DNA of 44,533 bases from Candidatus Geohabitans tengchongensis. GTDB taxonomy: Bacteria > Sysuimicrobiota > Sysuimicrobiia > Sysuimicrobiales > Humicultoraceae. The notes beneath the pieces are model-generated. The model had not been told where the DNA came from. It was given only the letters and a program-made list of their open reading frames with translations, and ran no database searches. The stretch lies in contig JAVKIH010000020.1 in the NCBI GenBank assembly GCA_031459625.1, positions 1 through 44,533 on the forward strand, given 5' to 3'. The position numbers and the translations under genes are program-made. Positions 18,291 through 34,693 of the stretch are shown here, in pieces (the stretch's first letter is position 1; every line of letters begins with the position of its first letter).

Positions 18291-21200
18291 GTGCGCTGCC
18301 CGACCTGCGGCTTCGACAATCCCGCCGGCATGCGGTTGTGCGGCAATTGCGGCACCGCGCTGGAGGGGGTGGCGGGCGCGGGCGAGGAGCGCAAACTCGT
18401 CACCGTCCTCTTTGCCGACGTCGTCGGCTCCACGGCCCTGGCTGCCGCGGTCGACCCGGAACGCCTCCGCGGGCAGATGGCGCGGTTCTTTGCCGTCGCC
18501 CGCGAGGAGGTCGAGCGCTACGGCGGCACCGTGGAGAAGTTCATCGGCGACGCCGTCATGGCCGTCTTCGGCCTGCCGGTCATCCACGAGGACGACGCGG
18601 AACGGGCCGCCCGCGCCGTCAGTGCCATCCGCGCCCGGATCGAGCCGGAGGTCGCCGCCGGACGCCTGCCGCCGATCCGCGCCGGCCTGGCCACCGGCGA
18701 GGTCGTGGCCAACCCCCGCGCCGTGGAGAAAGGGGAGTTCCTGGTCACCGGCGAGGTGGTCAACCTGGCGGCGCGCCTCCAGCAGCACGCCGAGCCCGGC
18801 CAGATCCTGGTCAGCGCACGGACGATGCGCGCCCTGCAGCACGCCGCCGCCTTGCGGGCCGCGCCTCCCCTGACGGTCAAGGGGCCCGCGGACCCGCTGC
18901 CGGCCTGGGAACTGCGCGACCTGGCCCCGCCGCGGGAGCGGGAGGTGCGGGCCACGCCCTTCGTCGGCCGGGAGGAGGAACTCGACCTGCTGGTCGGGCA
19001 CCTGCGCCGCACGCGCCGGGAGGGGCGCGGCCACGTGGTGACGATCCTCGGTCCGGCCGGCGTCGGCAAGACCCGCCTGGTGCAGGAGTTCCGCCAGCGG
19101 GCGGGCGACGTGCACAGCCTCCGCGGCCGCGCGCTGCCGTACGGCACCGGCGTCCCGCTCTGGGCACTGGGCGAGACCATCCGAGAGGAGTGCGGCATCC
19201 TCTTCGGCGATCCGCTGGACACGGCTCGCCGCAAGGTCACCGCGGCGGCAGGGCGCCTGGACGTGGTGGATGGCGTCCCCGCGCTGCTCTCCGTCCTCGG
19301 GCTGGGCCCGGCGGGGCGTGATCTCACCCGGCAAGAGCTCTTCGCCGGCATGCGCGTCTTCTTCCGGGCCCTGGCCGAACGGGGGCCGCTGCTCCTGATC
19401 CTGGAAGATATGCACTCGGCGGATGACGTTACCCTGGATTACCTGGAGCACAGCGCCGACTGGATCCGGGAGATTCCCCTGCTCCTGCTCGTCCTCTCCC
19501 GGGCGGAACTGCTGGAGCGCCGCCCGACCTGGCTCGGGGGAAAACGCAGCGCGTCCACCCTCTCCCTCGACCCGCTGGGAGGCCAGGAGAGCCTCGCCCT
19601 GGCCCGGGGGATTCTGGGCGGCCGGGACGCGCCGGAGGAGTTGCTCGACCGTGTGCTCAAGCGCGCCGAGGGCAACCCGCTCTTTATGGAGGAAATGCTC
19701 CGCGCCTGGATCGAGGGGGGAGTGCTCACTCCCGCCGGCGACCGCTGGACGCTGGCGGTCCCGCTGGCCGAGGTGCCGGTCCCCGACACGGTGCACGCCG
19801 TCATCGCGGCGCGCGTGGACACGCTGCCCGCCGCGGAGAAGCAGGTCCTCCAGGTGGCCGCGGTCCAGGGGAAGGACTTCTGGCTGGGAGGCGTGCGCCA
19901 CATCGTGACCGACGACCACGTGGACCAGGCGCTGGCCGGGCTGGAACAAAGAGAGTTCGTGATCCGCAAGCCGCGGTCCGTGCTGGCGGCCGAGGAGGAG
20001 TTCACCTTCCGGCACATCCTCATCCGCGACGTCGCCTACGGCCTGATCCCCAAGGCGCAGCGCTGGCCGATGCACGCCCGGCTGGCCGAGTGGAGCGCGC
20101 GGACGGTCGGAGACCGGCAGGCCGAGTAGGCCTTCTACATCGCGCACCACTGGCTGCAGGTGGTGGCCCTGCGCCAGGAACTCGGCCTGCCTCCCGACGC
20201 CCGCGCTCAGGCGCAGGCTCGCCGGAACCTGCTCCTGGCCGGGCAGCGGGCGGCGCGCGTCTACGCCAACGCCACGGCGCTGGACCACTACACCCGGGCG
20301 CTCGACCTCGACCCGCCCCCGCCGGACCGCCTCCAGGCCCTCCTGGGGCGAGGCGCCGTCTGGATGCTGCTGGGCCAGTACGAACGGGCGCGCGAGGACT
20401 TCACGGCCGCCAGGGCGCTGGCGCATCGGACCGGCGACCGGCGCGCCGAAGCCATGGCGCTCGACGACCTCGGCCACTCCTACCGGCGCCAGGACCTCAT
20501 CACCGAGGCGCTCGGCCACCTGGAGCCGGCGCTGGCGCTCAGCCGGGAGGTGGGAGACCCCGCCCTGACCGGCCGCATCCTCAACCACATCGGGTTTACG
20601 TACTTCAGCGCCACCCGGCATGCCGAGGCCACTCGCCACCACGAGGAGGCCCGCCGCCTGCTCGAGCAGACGGGCGACCGGGCCGGGCTGGCCGAGAGCC
20701 TGCACGGGCTGGCCGAGAACCTGTTCTTCCAGGGTGCCTTTCCCGACGCGCTCGCCTGGCTGAAAGAGTCGGCCCGGCTCAGCGAGGAGGTCGGCAACCG
20801 CTCGCTCGCCGGGGAGAACCGGTTCATGATCGCCTTCGCCCAGTCGCGACTGGCCCAGTACGAGGAGGCGCAGGTGAACCTGCAGCGCAGCCTGGAGACG
20901 CTGGTGGAGATCGGCGATGTCTGGAATGAGGCCATCGCCTTGTGGAACGCCGCCGTCCTCTCCACGATCCTCGGCGACATCGGACCGGCGCTCACCCGGG
21001 CCGCCAGGGGGCTGACCCTGGCCCGCCAGATCGGTGCCCGCCGCTTCCAAATCTTCCACCTGACCCAGCTGGGTGTCATCCACCGGGAAATCGAAGACTT
21101 CCACAGCGCCCTGCAGGCCGACACCGAGGCGGCGGCGCTGGCGCAGCAGGTTGAGGCAGGCTGGATGGCGACGATCCTCGCCGGGCTCGCGCTCCACACG

Positions 21201-21668
21201 CTGGGCCTGGGGCGGCCGGTGGAGAGCCGGCAGCACCTGGCGCAGGCCGAGGAGCACCTGGCCAGGACGGAAGTCAGGTGGGACATTCCTCTCCTGCTCA
21301 CAGAGACGGCGGGGCGGGTCCTCCTGGCCGCGGGACAGCCGGAGGAGGCAGGGCTGCGGGCACGGGAGCTCGCCCGCCTGGTGGAACAGACCGGGCTCAC
21401 CCACTGGCAATTGCCGGCGCTCCACCTCCAGGCCGCCGCCGCCGCGGCGCACGGCGAGAGGGATCAGGGCGTCCGGCTCTCTCGGGAGGCGGAGGCGCTG
21501 GCCGAACGGCAATCCAGTCCCCTCGCGTTCAGCAGGTCGCCGCCCTGGCGGGGGTCTGAGGGTCGAGCGCAGCCCGCCGGCCCGGCTACCAGAGGGCCCT
21601 GCGGCCAGCTCGGCCATCTCGGGATCCCGGTCGTTGAACAGGGAGGGAGTCCTGCCTGCGTGAGGTAG
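18291..21668 (+). pseudogene. Double Zn-ribbon + class III adenylate cyclase + AAA/STAND ATPase + TPR protein, interrupted by an in-frame TAG at 20127-20129
   Basis: GTG start after AGGAG; CPTC/CGNC; FADVVGST, EKFIGDAVM, VNLAARLQ; GPAGVGKT; LEDMH; EGNPLF; FRHILIRD. The frame continues past the TAG (AE*AFYIAHHW) into TPR repeats. The last ~50 codons look degraded. Confidence 0.75.
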
Positions 21669-21715
21669 AAAGGATAGCCCGATCCCGGGCGGGGGACGCG
21701 GTGCCACAGGTCCCT

Positions 21716-21743
21716 TTGACACCCGGTCCGGTCGGCTTATAAT
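21716..21743 (+). promoter_or_regulatory. Consensus sigma70 promoter upstream of secE
   Basis: TTGACA (21716-21721), 16-nt spacer, TATAAT (21738-21743). Confidence 0.8.
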
Positions 21744-21792
21744 GAGAGGCGCTTGACAGGCCGCGACGGTCTTTTTCTTTTTTGGAGGGTTC

Positions 21793-22074
21793 ATGGCCCG
21801 GATCGGCAACCTCAAGGCGGCGCGCGTGGTGGCCCGGCCGGCGCGCCCGGCGGCGGCGCCCCGGCGCCTCCCGGCCGTGCTGGAGCGCGTCCTCCGCTAC
21901 CTGCGGGAGGTGCGCACCGAGCTGAGCCGGGTGGACTGGCCCTCGCGGCGCGAGCTCGTGGGGTCCACGACCATCGTCGTCGTCGTGCTGGTGGTGCTGG
22001 CGCTCTACCTGGGGTTCTGGGACTACCTCTTCACGGTGGGGGTGCGGCGCTGGGTCATCGGCCCGGTGCCGTGA
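21793..22074 (+). CDS. secE: Preprotein translocase subunit SecE
   Basis: YLREVRTELSRVDWPSRREL plus one TM helix; located before nusG; GGAGG RBS. Confidence 0.95.
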   Translation: MARIGNLKAARVVARPARPAAAPRRLPAVLERVLRYLREVRTELSRVDWPSRRELVGSTTIVVVVLVVLALYLGFWDYLFTVGVRRWVIGPVP

Positions 22075-22149
22075 GGCCGTGGCCCCGGACCGCCGCGGGG
22101 CCGCAGGGCCGGGAGTGGCCGGTGGCCAGAGGGTGAGCGAGGGATCCCC

Positions 22150-22779
22150 ATGAGCACGTTCGACCCACTGAAGGACCTCTTCCGGGACGAGCCAGTCGTC
22201 ACGGAGGAGCCGGCCCAGGAGGTGCCCGAGGAGGAGCCGGAACCCCCGCGCGACCCGCGGGCGCGCTGGTACGTCGTCCACACCTACTCCGGGTACGAGA
22301 ACAAGGTCAAGACCAACCTGGAGCGCCGCATCGAGTCGATGAACATGCGGGAGAAGATCTTCCAGGTCCTCGTGCCCATGGAGAAGGAGAAGGAGATCAA
22401 GGGTGGCCGGCGGCGCGAGGTGGAGAAGAAGATCTTCCCCGGCTACGTCCTCGTGCAGATGGTCATGGACGACGACTCCTGGTACGTCGTCCGCAACACC
22501 CCCGGGGTGACGGGGTTCGTGGGCTCCGGGTCGCGGCCCATCCCGCTGGAGGACAAGGAGGTCCGCCAGCTGCTGCGGCAGCTGAAGGACGAGACGCCCA
22601 AGTACCGGATCACCTTCCAGAAGGGGTCGGCGGTGCGCATCACCTCGGGTCCCTTCCAGGACTTCACGGGGCTCGTGGACGAGATCATGATGGAGAAGGA
22701 GAAGGTGCGGGTGCTCGTCTCTATCTTCGGGCGCGAGACCCCCGTCGAACTCGATTTCGGCCAGGTGGAGAAGGTCTGA
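22150..22779 (+). CDS. nusG: Transcription termination/antitermination factor NusG
   Basis: WYVVHTYSGYENKV, FPGYVLV, VRNTPGVTGFVG, IFGRETPVEL. Confidence 0.99.
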   Translation: MSTFDPLKDLFRDEPVVTEEPAQEVPEEEPEPPRDPRARWYVVHTYSGYENKVKTNLERRIESMNMREKIFQVLVPMEKEKEIKGGRRREVEKKIFPGYVLVQMVMDDDSWYVVRNTPGVTGFVGSGSRPIPLEDKEVRQLLRQLKDETPKYRITFQKGSAVRITSGPFQDFTGLVDEIMMEKEKVRVLVSIFGRETPVELDFGQVEKV

Positions 22780-22839
22780 GGGCCTGGGCCGGGCCCGGCG
22801 CGGCCGGCCCCGCGGCCAGGCCTGTGAGGGTGTGAGCGG

Positions 22840-23265
22840 ATGGCCAAGAAGGTCGTCGCGGTGGTGAAGCTGCAGATCCCGGCGGGCAAGGCCACGCCGG
22901 CGCCCCCCGTGGGCCCCGCCCTGGGGCAGCACGGGGTGAATATCATGGAGTTCGTCAAGGCCTACAACGAGCGCACGGCGCGCCAGGCCGGGACCATCGT
23001 CCCCGTGGAGATCACCATCTACGCCGACCGCACCTTCTCCTTCGTCACCAAGACCCCGCCGGCGTCGGTCCTGCTCAAGCAGGCGGCGAAGGTGGAGAAG
23101 GGCTCGGGCGAGCCCAACAAGACCACGGTCGGGCAGATCACCCGCCGCCAGCTGCGGGAGATCGCCGAGCAGAAGATGCAGGACCTCAACGCCCCCACCG
23201 TCGAGGCGGCCATGAAGATGATCGAAGGGACCGCCCGGTCGATGGGGATCGAGATCACCGGATAG
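22840..23265 (+). CDS. rplK: 50S ribosomal protein L11
   Basis: [33 protein letters not shown]. Confidence 0.99.
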   Translation: MAKKVVAVVKLQIPAGKATPAPPVGPALGQHGVNIMEFVKAYNERTARQAGTIVPVEITIYADRTFSFVTKTPPASVLLKQAAKVEKGSGEPNKTTVGQITRRQLREIAEQKMQDLNAPTVEAAMKMIEGTARSMGIEITG

Positions 23266-23305
23266 CCGGCCCTCGGGGGCCGGCCGGCCCGTCCAGGAGG
23301 GCGAC

Positions 23306-23338
23306 GTGGGAGGGCGGCGCGGCCGCCCGGCAGACCAC
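23306..23338 (+). promoter_or_regulatory. Putative L1-binding autoregulatory RNA site in the rplK-rplA spacer
   Basis: GTGGGAGG-hairpin-ACCAC pattern directly before the rplA RBS, as in L1 operator mimics of 23S rRNA. Confidence 0.65.
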
Positions 23339-23352
23339 CAGGAGGGACCACC

Positions 23353-24069
23353 ATGGCCAGGCACGGCAAGCGGTACCTCGAGGCCAGCCAGCGCATCGAC
23401 CGGACCCGGCTCTACGACCCGGAGGAGGCGGTCCGCCTCCTCAAGCAGACCGCCACGGCGAAGTTCCCGGAGACGGTGGAGGCCCACGTCCGGCTCGGGG
23501 TCGACCCCAAGCACGCCGACCAGCAGGTGCGCGGCACCGTGACGCTGCCGGCGGGGACGGGGAAGCGCGTGCGGGTGGCGGTCTTCGCCAAGGGGGAGAA
23601 GGCGAAGGAGGCGGAGGCGGCCGGGGCGGACGTGGTCGGGCTGGAGGACCTGGTGGAGAAGGTCCAGGGCGGGTGGACGGAGTTCGACGTGGCCGTGGCC
23701 ACGCCGGACGTCATGGGCGTGGTGGGGCGGCTCGGCCGGATCCTGGGCCCGCGCGGGCTGATGCCCAACCCCAAGGCCGGGACGGTCACGCCGGACGTGG
23801 GGCGGGCGGTCCGGGAGATCAAGGCGGGCAAGATCGAGTTCCGCGTGGACAAGTTCGGCATCGTGCACGTCCCCATCGGCAAGGCCACTTTCAGCGAGCC
23901 GGACCTGCTGCGCAACCTGGCCGCGCTCATCGACGCCCTGGTGCGGGCGCGGCCGGCCGCCGCCAAGGGGCAGTACCTGCGCTCGGTCACCTTGACGACG
24001 ACGATGGGGCCCGGAATCAAGGTCGACCCGGCGAAGGCCCAAGCGCTGGTCCAGAGCATCGCGGCGTAA
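23353..24069 (+). CDS. rplA: 50S ribosomal protein L1
   Basis: [36 protein letters not shown]. Confidence 0.99.
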   Translation: MARHGKRYLEASQRIDRTRLYDPEEAVRLLKQTATAKFPETVEAHVRLGVDPKHADQQVRGTVTLPAGTGKRVRVAVFAKGEKAKEAEAAGADVVGLEDLVEKVQGGWTEFDVAVATPDVMGVVGRLGRILGPRGLMPNPKAGTVTPDVGRAVREIKAGKIEFRVDKFGIVHVPIGKATFSEPDLLRNLAALIDALVRARPAAAKGQYLRSVTLTTTMGPGIKVDPAKAQALVQSIAA

Positions 24070-24100
24070 GGGAGCCGGTCCGCCCGGCCTGGTCGGTCCT

Positions 24101-24130
24101 TTGACGCCGGCGGGGAGGCCATGGTAGACT
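24101..24130 (+). promoter_or_regulatory. Promoter of rplJL
   Basis: TTGACG (24101-24106), 18-nt spacer, extended -10 TGG-TAGACT (24125-24130). Confidence 0.65.
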
Positions 24131-24169
24131 CCGCCGCGGCCGACCCCGGCGGGGCCGGCCAGCGATCGG

Positions 24170-24313
24170 CCCGAGACCGCAGGTGCGTCTTGCTTAAACG
24201 GCGGGGTGTCCCGCCGCCTGCCGAGGCCCGACCGACCATGCTGAGGACGCGCCCAGGGGTGCGTCCCGCCCTGTCGCAGGCGGCCGTCTCGGGCAGGCCG
24301 CCTGTCCGTTTTT
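24170..24313 (+). ncRNA. L10 leader (rplJ autoregulatory RNA)
   Basis: CCGAGACCGCAGGTG...CTTAAA...CCTGCCGAGG...GTCTCGG, followed by an alternative hairpin CAGGCGGCC/GGCCGCCTG and a T run, upstream of rplJ. Confidence 0.8.
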
Positions 24314-24419
24314 GGGGGGCCGCCGGCGGGGCGCGAGGGTCCCGGGTGCGGGCCGGCAGCGGCAGGGTGGGCAGCGCGCGCGGGCCCCGGGGATCGGGTC
24401 GGGAAGGGAGCAGAGCGTG

Positions 24420-24986
24420 ATGGTACGGCCGGAGAAGGTCGAGGAGGTCGAGGCCCTGCGGGAGCGGCTGGCCCGCGCGCGGGGCGTCGTCCTCACCGAC
24501 TTCCGCGGGCTCACCGTCCCGGAGATGAACCAGCTCCGCACCCGGCTGCGGGAGGCGCGCGTGGAGTACCGGGTGGTGAAGAACCGGCTCCTCCTGCGGG
24601 CGGCCCGGGCGGCCGGCATCGAGGGCCTGGAACCCTACCTGGAAGGGCCGACCGCCGCCGCCTTCGGCTACGACGACCCGGTCGTGGCCGCCAGGGTGAT
24701 CCAGGAGTTCATCCGGCAGATGCGCAAGCTCGAGACCAAGGGGGGCATCGTGGAGGGGCGGGCGGTGACCCCGGAACAGGTGCGGACCCTGGCCGACCTC
24801 CCGCCGCGCCCGGTCCTGCTGGCCCAGGTGGTGGGCGGCATCCAGGCGCCGCTCGGCCGCCTGGTGGGCGTGCTCACGGGCCTGCAGCGGAACCTGGTCT
24901 GGGTGCTGGCGCAGGTCCAGGCCAGGCGGGTCGAGAGGGCGCCGGAGGGTGCGGCCGCCCCCGGGGCCGGGGCGGGCACGGCGTAG
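24420..24986 (+). CDS. rplJ: 50S ribosomal protein L10
   Basis: DFRGLTV, YRVVKNRL, LEGPTA, LADLP. Confidence 0.98.
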   Translation: MVRPEKVEEVEALRERLARARGVVLTDFRGLTVPEMNQLRTRLREARVEYRVVKNRLLLRAARAAGIEGLEPYLEGPTAAAFGYDDPVVAARVIQEFIRQMRKLETKGGIVEGRAVTPEQVRTLADLPPRPVLLAQVVGGIQAPLGRLVGVLTGLQRNLVWVLAQVQARRVERAPEGAAAPGAGAGTA

Positions 24987-25074
24987 GGTGTGAAGCAACG
25001 AGCGTGCGCCCCCCTGGCGGGCGGAGGCAGGGAGGGACAGGCTGACGCGGGCAGGCGTCAGGAGGAGGCAGGCG

Positions 25075-25479
25075 ATGGCAACCCAGGTGAAGCTCTCGAA
25101 GGACGAGATCGTGGCGGCGATCGAGAACCTGACGGTCCTCGAGCTCGCCGAACTGGTGAAGGCGCTGGAGGAGCGCTTCGGGGTGAGCGCGGCCGCCCCG
25201 GTGGCCGTGGCCGCGGGTCCGGCCCCGGCGGGCGCCCCCGCCGCGGCGGCGCCGCCGGCCGAGGAGCAGACCGAGTTCGACGTGATCCTCGCCAGCGTGG
25301 GCGAGAAGAAGATCCAGGTGATCAAGGTCGTCCGGGAGCTCACCGGGCTGGGCCTGAAGGAGGCCAAGGACCTGGTGGACAACGCTCCCCGGCCGGTGAA
25401 AGAGAAGGTCAGCCGGCAGGAGGCCGAGCAGATCAAGGCGAAGCTGGAAGCGGAAGGCGCCAAGGTCGAGATCAAGTAA
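25075..25479 (+). CDS. rplL: 50S ribosomal protein L7/L12
   Basis: [39 protein letters not shown]. Confidence 0.99.
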   Translation: MATQVKLSKDEIVAAIENLTVLELAELVKALEERFGVSAAAPVAVAAGPAPAGAPAAAAPPAEEQTEFDVILASVGEKKIQVIKVVRELTGLGLKEAKDLVDNAPRPVKEKVSRQEAEQIKAKLEAEGAKVEIK

Positions 25480-25521
25480 CGGCGGGGCGCTCGGTCGCCC
25501 CGCCCGTCCAGTATCCCCCTC

Positions 25522-25550
25522 TTGACGCTCCCGGGGCGGGGCGGTAGCAT
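25522..25550 (+). promoter_or_regulatory. Promoter of rpoBC
   Basis: TTGACG (25522-25527), 17-nt spacer, TAGCAT (25545-25550). Confidence 0.65.
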
Positions 25551-25797
25551 CTTTTTTACTGCGAAAATGCCTGGGGCACCGTAGCGACGGGGCTCTGCCG
25601 GGCCGCGGGCCGGCAGAGCGAGCGGGGGGCAAGTGAGGCACAACGGCAGGTGGTGGACGAAAGCGAGGCACCTCTGGTCGCCTTGCTTTCTCCATTTCCG
25701 GCCCTCCCTCCCCGGGGCGGCCCCTGGCCTGGTATCCGGTCTGCTCGCGTAACCGCCCGCAGTCCAGCCCGATCGTCCTGGAGGTGGGTCTGCCGAC

Positions 25798-29184
<3,387 letters not shown>

Positions 29185-29227
29185 CGCCCCCCGCGCCCCA
29201 CTGTCCGAAGGGGAGACGAACGCGACC

Positions 29228-32648
<3,421 letters not shown>

Positions 32649-32665
<17 letters not shown>

Positions 32666-34079
32666 GGCCCTGCCCGGCCGCGCCCGCCGATCCGACCGGG
32701 TCCGGACGGGGCGAGACCCCCGTCGCCCCGTCCGCCGGCGCGGTTGCCGCCCCCAGGGCCAGGATCGCCCAGGCGAGGTTCATCGGCCCGAGCAGGCTCC
32801 ACCCGGACTGCAGCCACACTGCGTAGCCCCCCAGGCCGGCGAGGCACCCCGCGGCCAGCCGGTCGCCGCCCCGCCGCCACCGTCCCCACAGGCCCCGTGC
32901 CGCTCGTACCCACGCCCACAGGTAGGCGGCGAGGCCTACCAGGCCCGTGCTCAGGGCCACGTGCAGCAGCTCGTTGTGCGGGGAGTCGATCAGGTGCAGC
33001 CGCTCGCCGAAGAGTCGCCGGTAGGTCGGCGAGCCGTAGTCGGGGAAGCGCCCGACCAGCGCGGAGAAACCCCAGCCCAGCAGCGGCCGCTCGGCGACGA
33101 GCGGCAGGGTGTGGCGCCACAGGTAGAGGCGGATCTGCAGCGACGGCGTGGAGAGGTCGGCGGTGGAGGCGACCCGCCCGCCGAGGGCCGCCTGCGGACG
33201 GGTGAGGCCCATGAGCGCCGCCACGGCGGCGAAGAGGACCGCGGCCTGCACCACGCGGCGGGATGGCCTGCTCGCGCTGGCGGCGCGTCCCTGTCTCCCG
33301 ACTGTCCTCCCCGGCTGCTCCCCCACTGTGGGCCGCCCGCGCGCCAGTCCCGCCAGGACGAGCAGCGCCACGACCAGGCCGACCCAGGCCCCCCGCGTCT
33401 GGGAGGCCACCAGCCCGGCGAAGAGCACGCCGGCAGCGAGCAGCGTCAGTGCCCAGGTGCGCCGCGGGCGGTCGAGCCCTGCCGCCAGCGCCAGCGGCAG
33501 GGCCAGCACCATGTGCGCGCCCAGGAAGATCGGGTTCCCCATCGTGACGTAGGCGCGCCCGTCGAAGAGGCCCGCCGGTGAACGCCGCAGCCCCCACGCT
33601 GGCAGCGGGTCCAGCCCGTAGAACTCCAGCACGGCGACGACGCCGATCATCACGGCGCCGGTGACCGTCGCGACCATCATCCACCAGCCCGCGCGGGGGC
33701 CGAGGCGGGCCCCGGCCAGCGTGAGCGCGCCCAGGGCGAGGAGGACGGCCAGGCCCTCGCCGCGGAAGCGCGAGGGGTAGAAGCTCACGAGCGGGTCGGG
33801 CGCAGCGAGCGTGGCCAGGGCGGCGGCGCCCAGGTAGAGGAGGACCGGGCCATCCAGCGAGGTGCGCCGCGTCCCGGTGCGCGCCCACAGGTAGAGGGCT
33901 CCGAGCGCCAGCGCTCCCAGGGCGAGCGTGGCCCGGGCCTTGAGCGCCACGGGCGGCAGCAGCGGGACGAGGGCGACGGAGGCCAGCAGGGCGCCGCCGG
34001 CCAGGAGCCCCGCGAGGCGGCGTCCGGCCTGCGCGGGGGCGAGGCAAGCGCCGGCTGCGGCTGCGGACAGGGCGCTCAC
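32649..34079 (-). CDS. O-antigen ligase (Wzy_C) family membrane protein, probable pilin O-oligosaccharyltransferase
   Basis: Multi-[42 protein letters not shown] motifs; last gene of the pilin operon (GTGA-coupled). Confidence 0.85.
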
Positions 34080-34693
34080 GGGTAGACCTCTTCCCAGCGG
34101 AGGATGGTCACCTGGTCCGGGGCGCGCGTCGGCCCCGGGCCGGCGTAGACCACCTCCACCAGCGCGCGGACCGTGCGGTCCTGCAGGAGGGTGAAGCTGC
34201 CGTCCGGCTCCTGGCGCCGCACTTCGCCCGTGGAGAGGAGCTCCCAGCGGCGGGTGCCGGGGTTGGTGCCGAGGGCCCCGGGGGCGACCGGGCAGAGCGT
34301 GGCGCCGCAGTTGAGGACACAGGTGCAGGTGACGGTGTAGCGGTGCGGTCCGCTCGCAGGCACGAGGACCGACCCCACGGCCCCCGCGTCGCGGTTGGCC
34401 TTGAAGGCGTAGAGCTGGTGTTCCACGCCGGCGGTGGCCAGGTAGAGGGCCTGCGTGTCCCAGCGGGTGCGCAGCTGGACCTCGAGCTCGGCCGTCGTCG
34501 TCTCGGCCAGGGCGGTGACGAGGAGCGCCAGGACGACCACGATGAGCAGGGCCAGCGGCAGCGCCACCCCCCGCTCGTCGCGCAGGACGGACGTCGAACC
34601 GCTACGGAACAGCACGGGGCCCGGACCCAGTGGTGGTTGGTGGTGAGGGCGGACGCCGCTCGCCCATGGATCGAGGGCAGGAATCGGTCTCAC
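34076..34693 (-). CDS. PilX-like minor pilin
   Basis: DERG|VALPLALLIVVVL (class III signal without E5), QALYLATAGVE, C-terminal WEE; start probably the GTG overlapping the upstream stop (alternative 34615). Confidence 0.75.
   Translation of the reverse strand: MRPIPALDPWASGVRPHHQPPLGPGPVLFRSGSTSVLRDERGVALPLALLIVVVLALLVTALAETTTAELEVQLRTRWDTQALYLATAGVEHQLYAFKANRDAGAVGSVLVPASGPHRYTVTCTCVLNCGATLCPVAPGALGTNPGTRRWELLSTGEVRRQEPDGSFTLLQDRTVRALVEVVYAGPGPTRAPDQVTILRWEEVYP

Noticed and set aside
20127..20129. Genome-wide TAG reassignment (alternative genetic code)
   Set aside because: rplK, rplJ, rpoB, rpoC and fusA end in TAG at their expected C-termini, and no CUA-anticodon tRNA is present in the window.
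21640..21790. attR-like duplicate of the tRNA-Trp 3' end marking an integrative element
   Set aside because: No convincing match to CCCTCCGCCCCTGCCA, and no integrase in the block.
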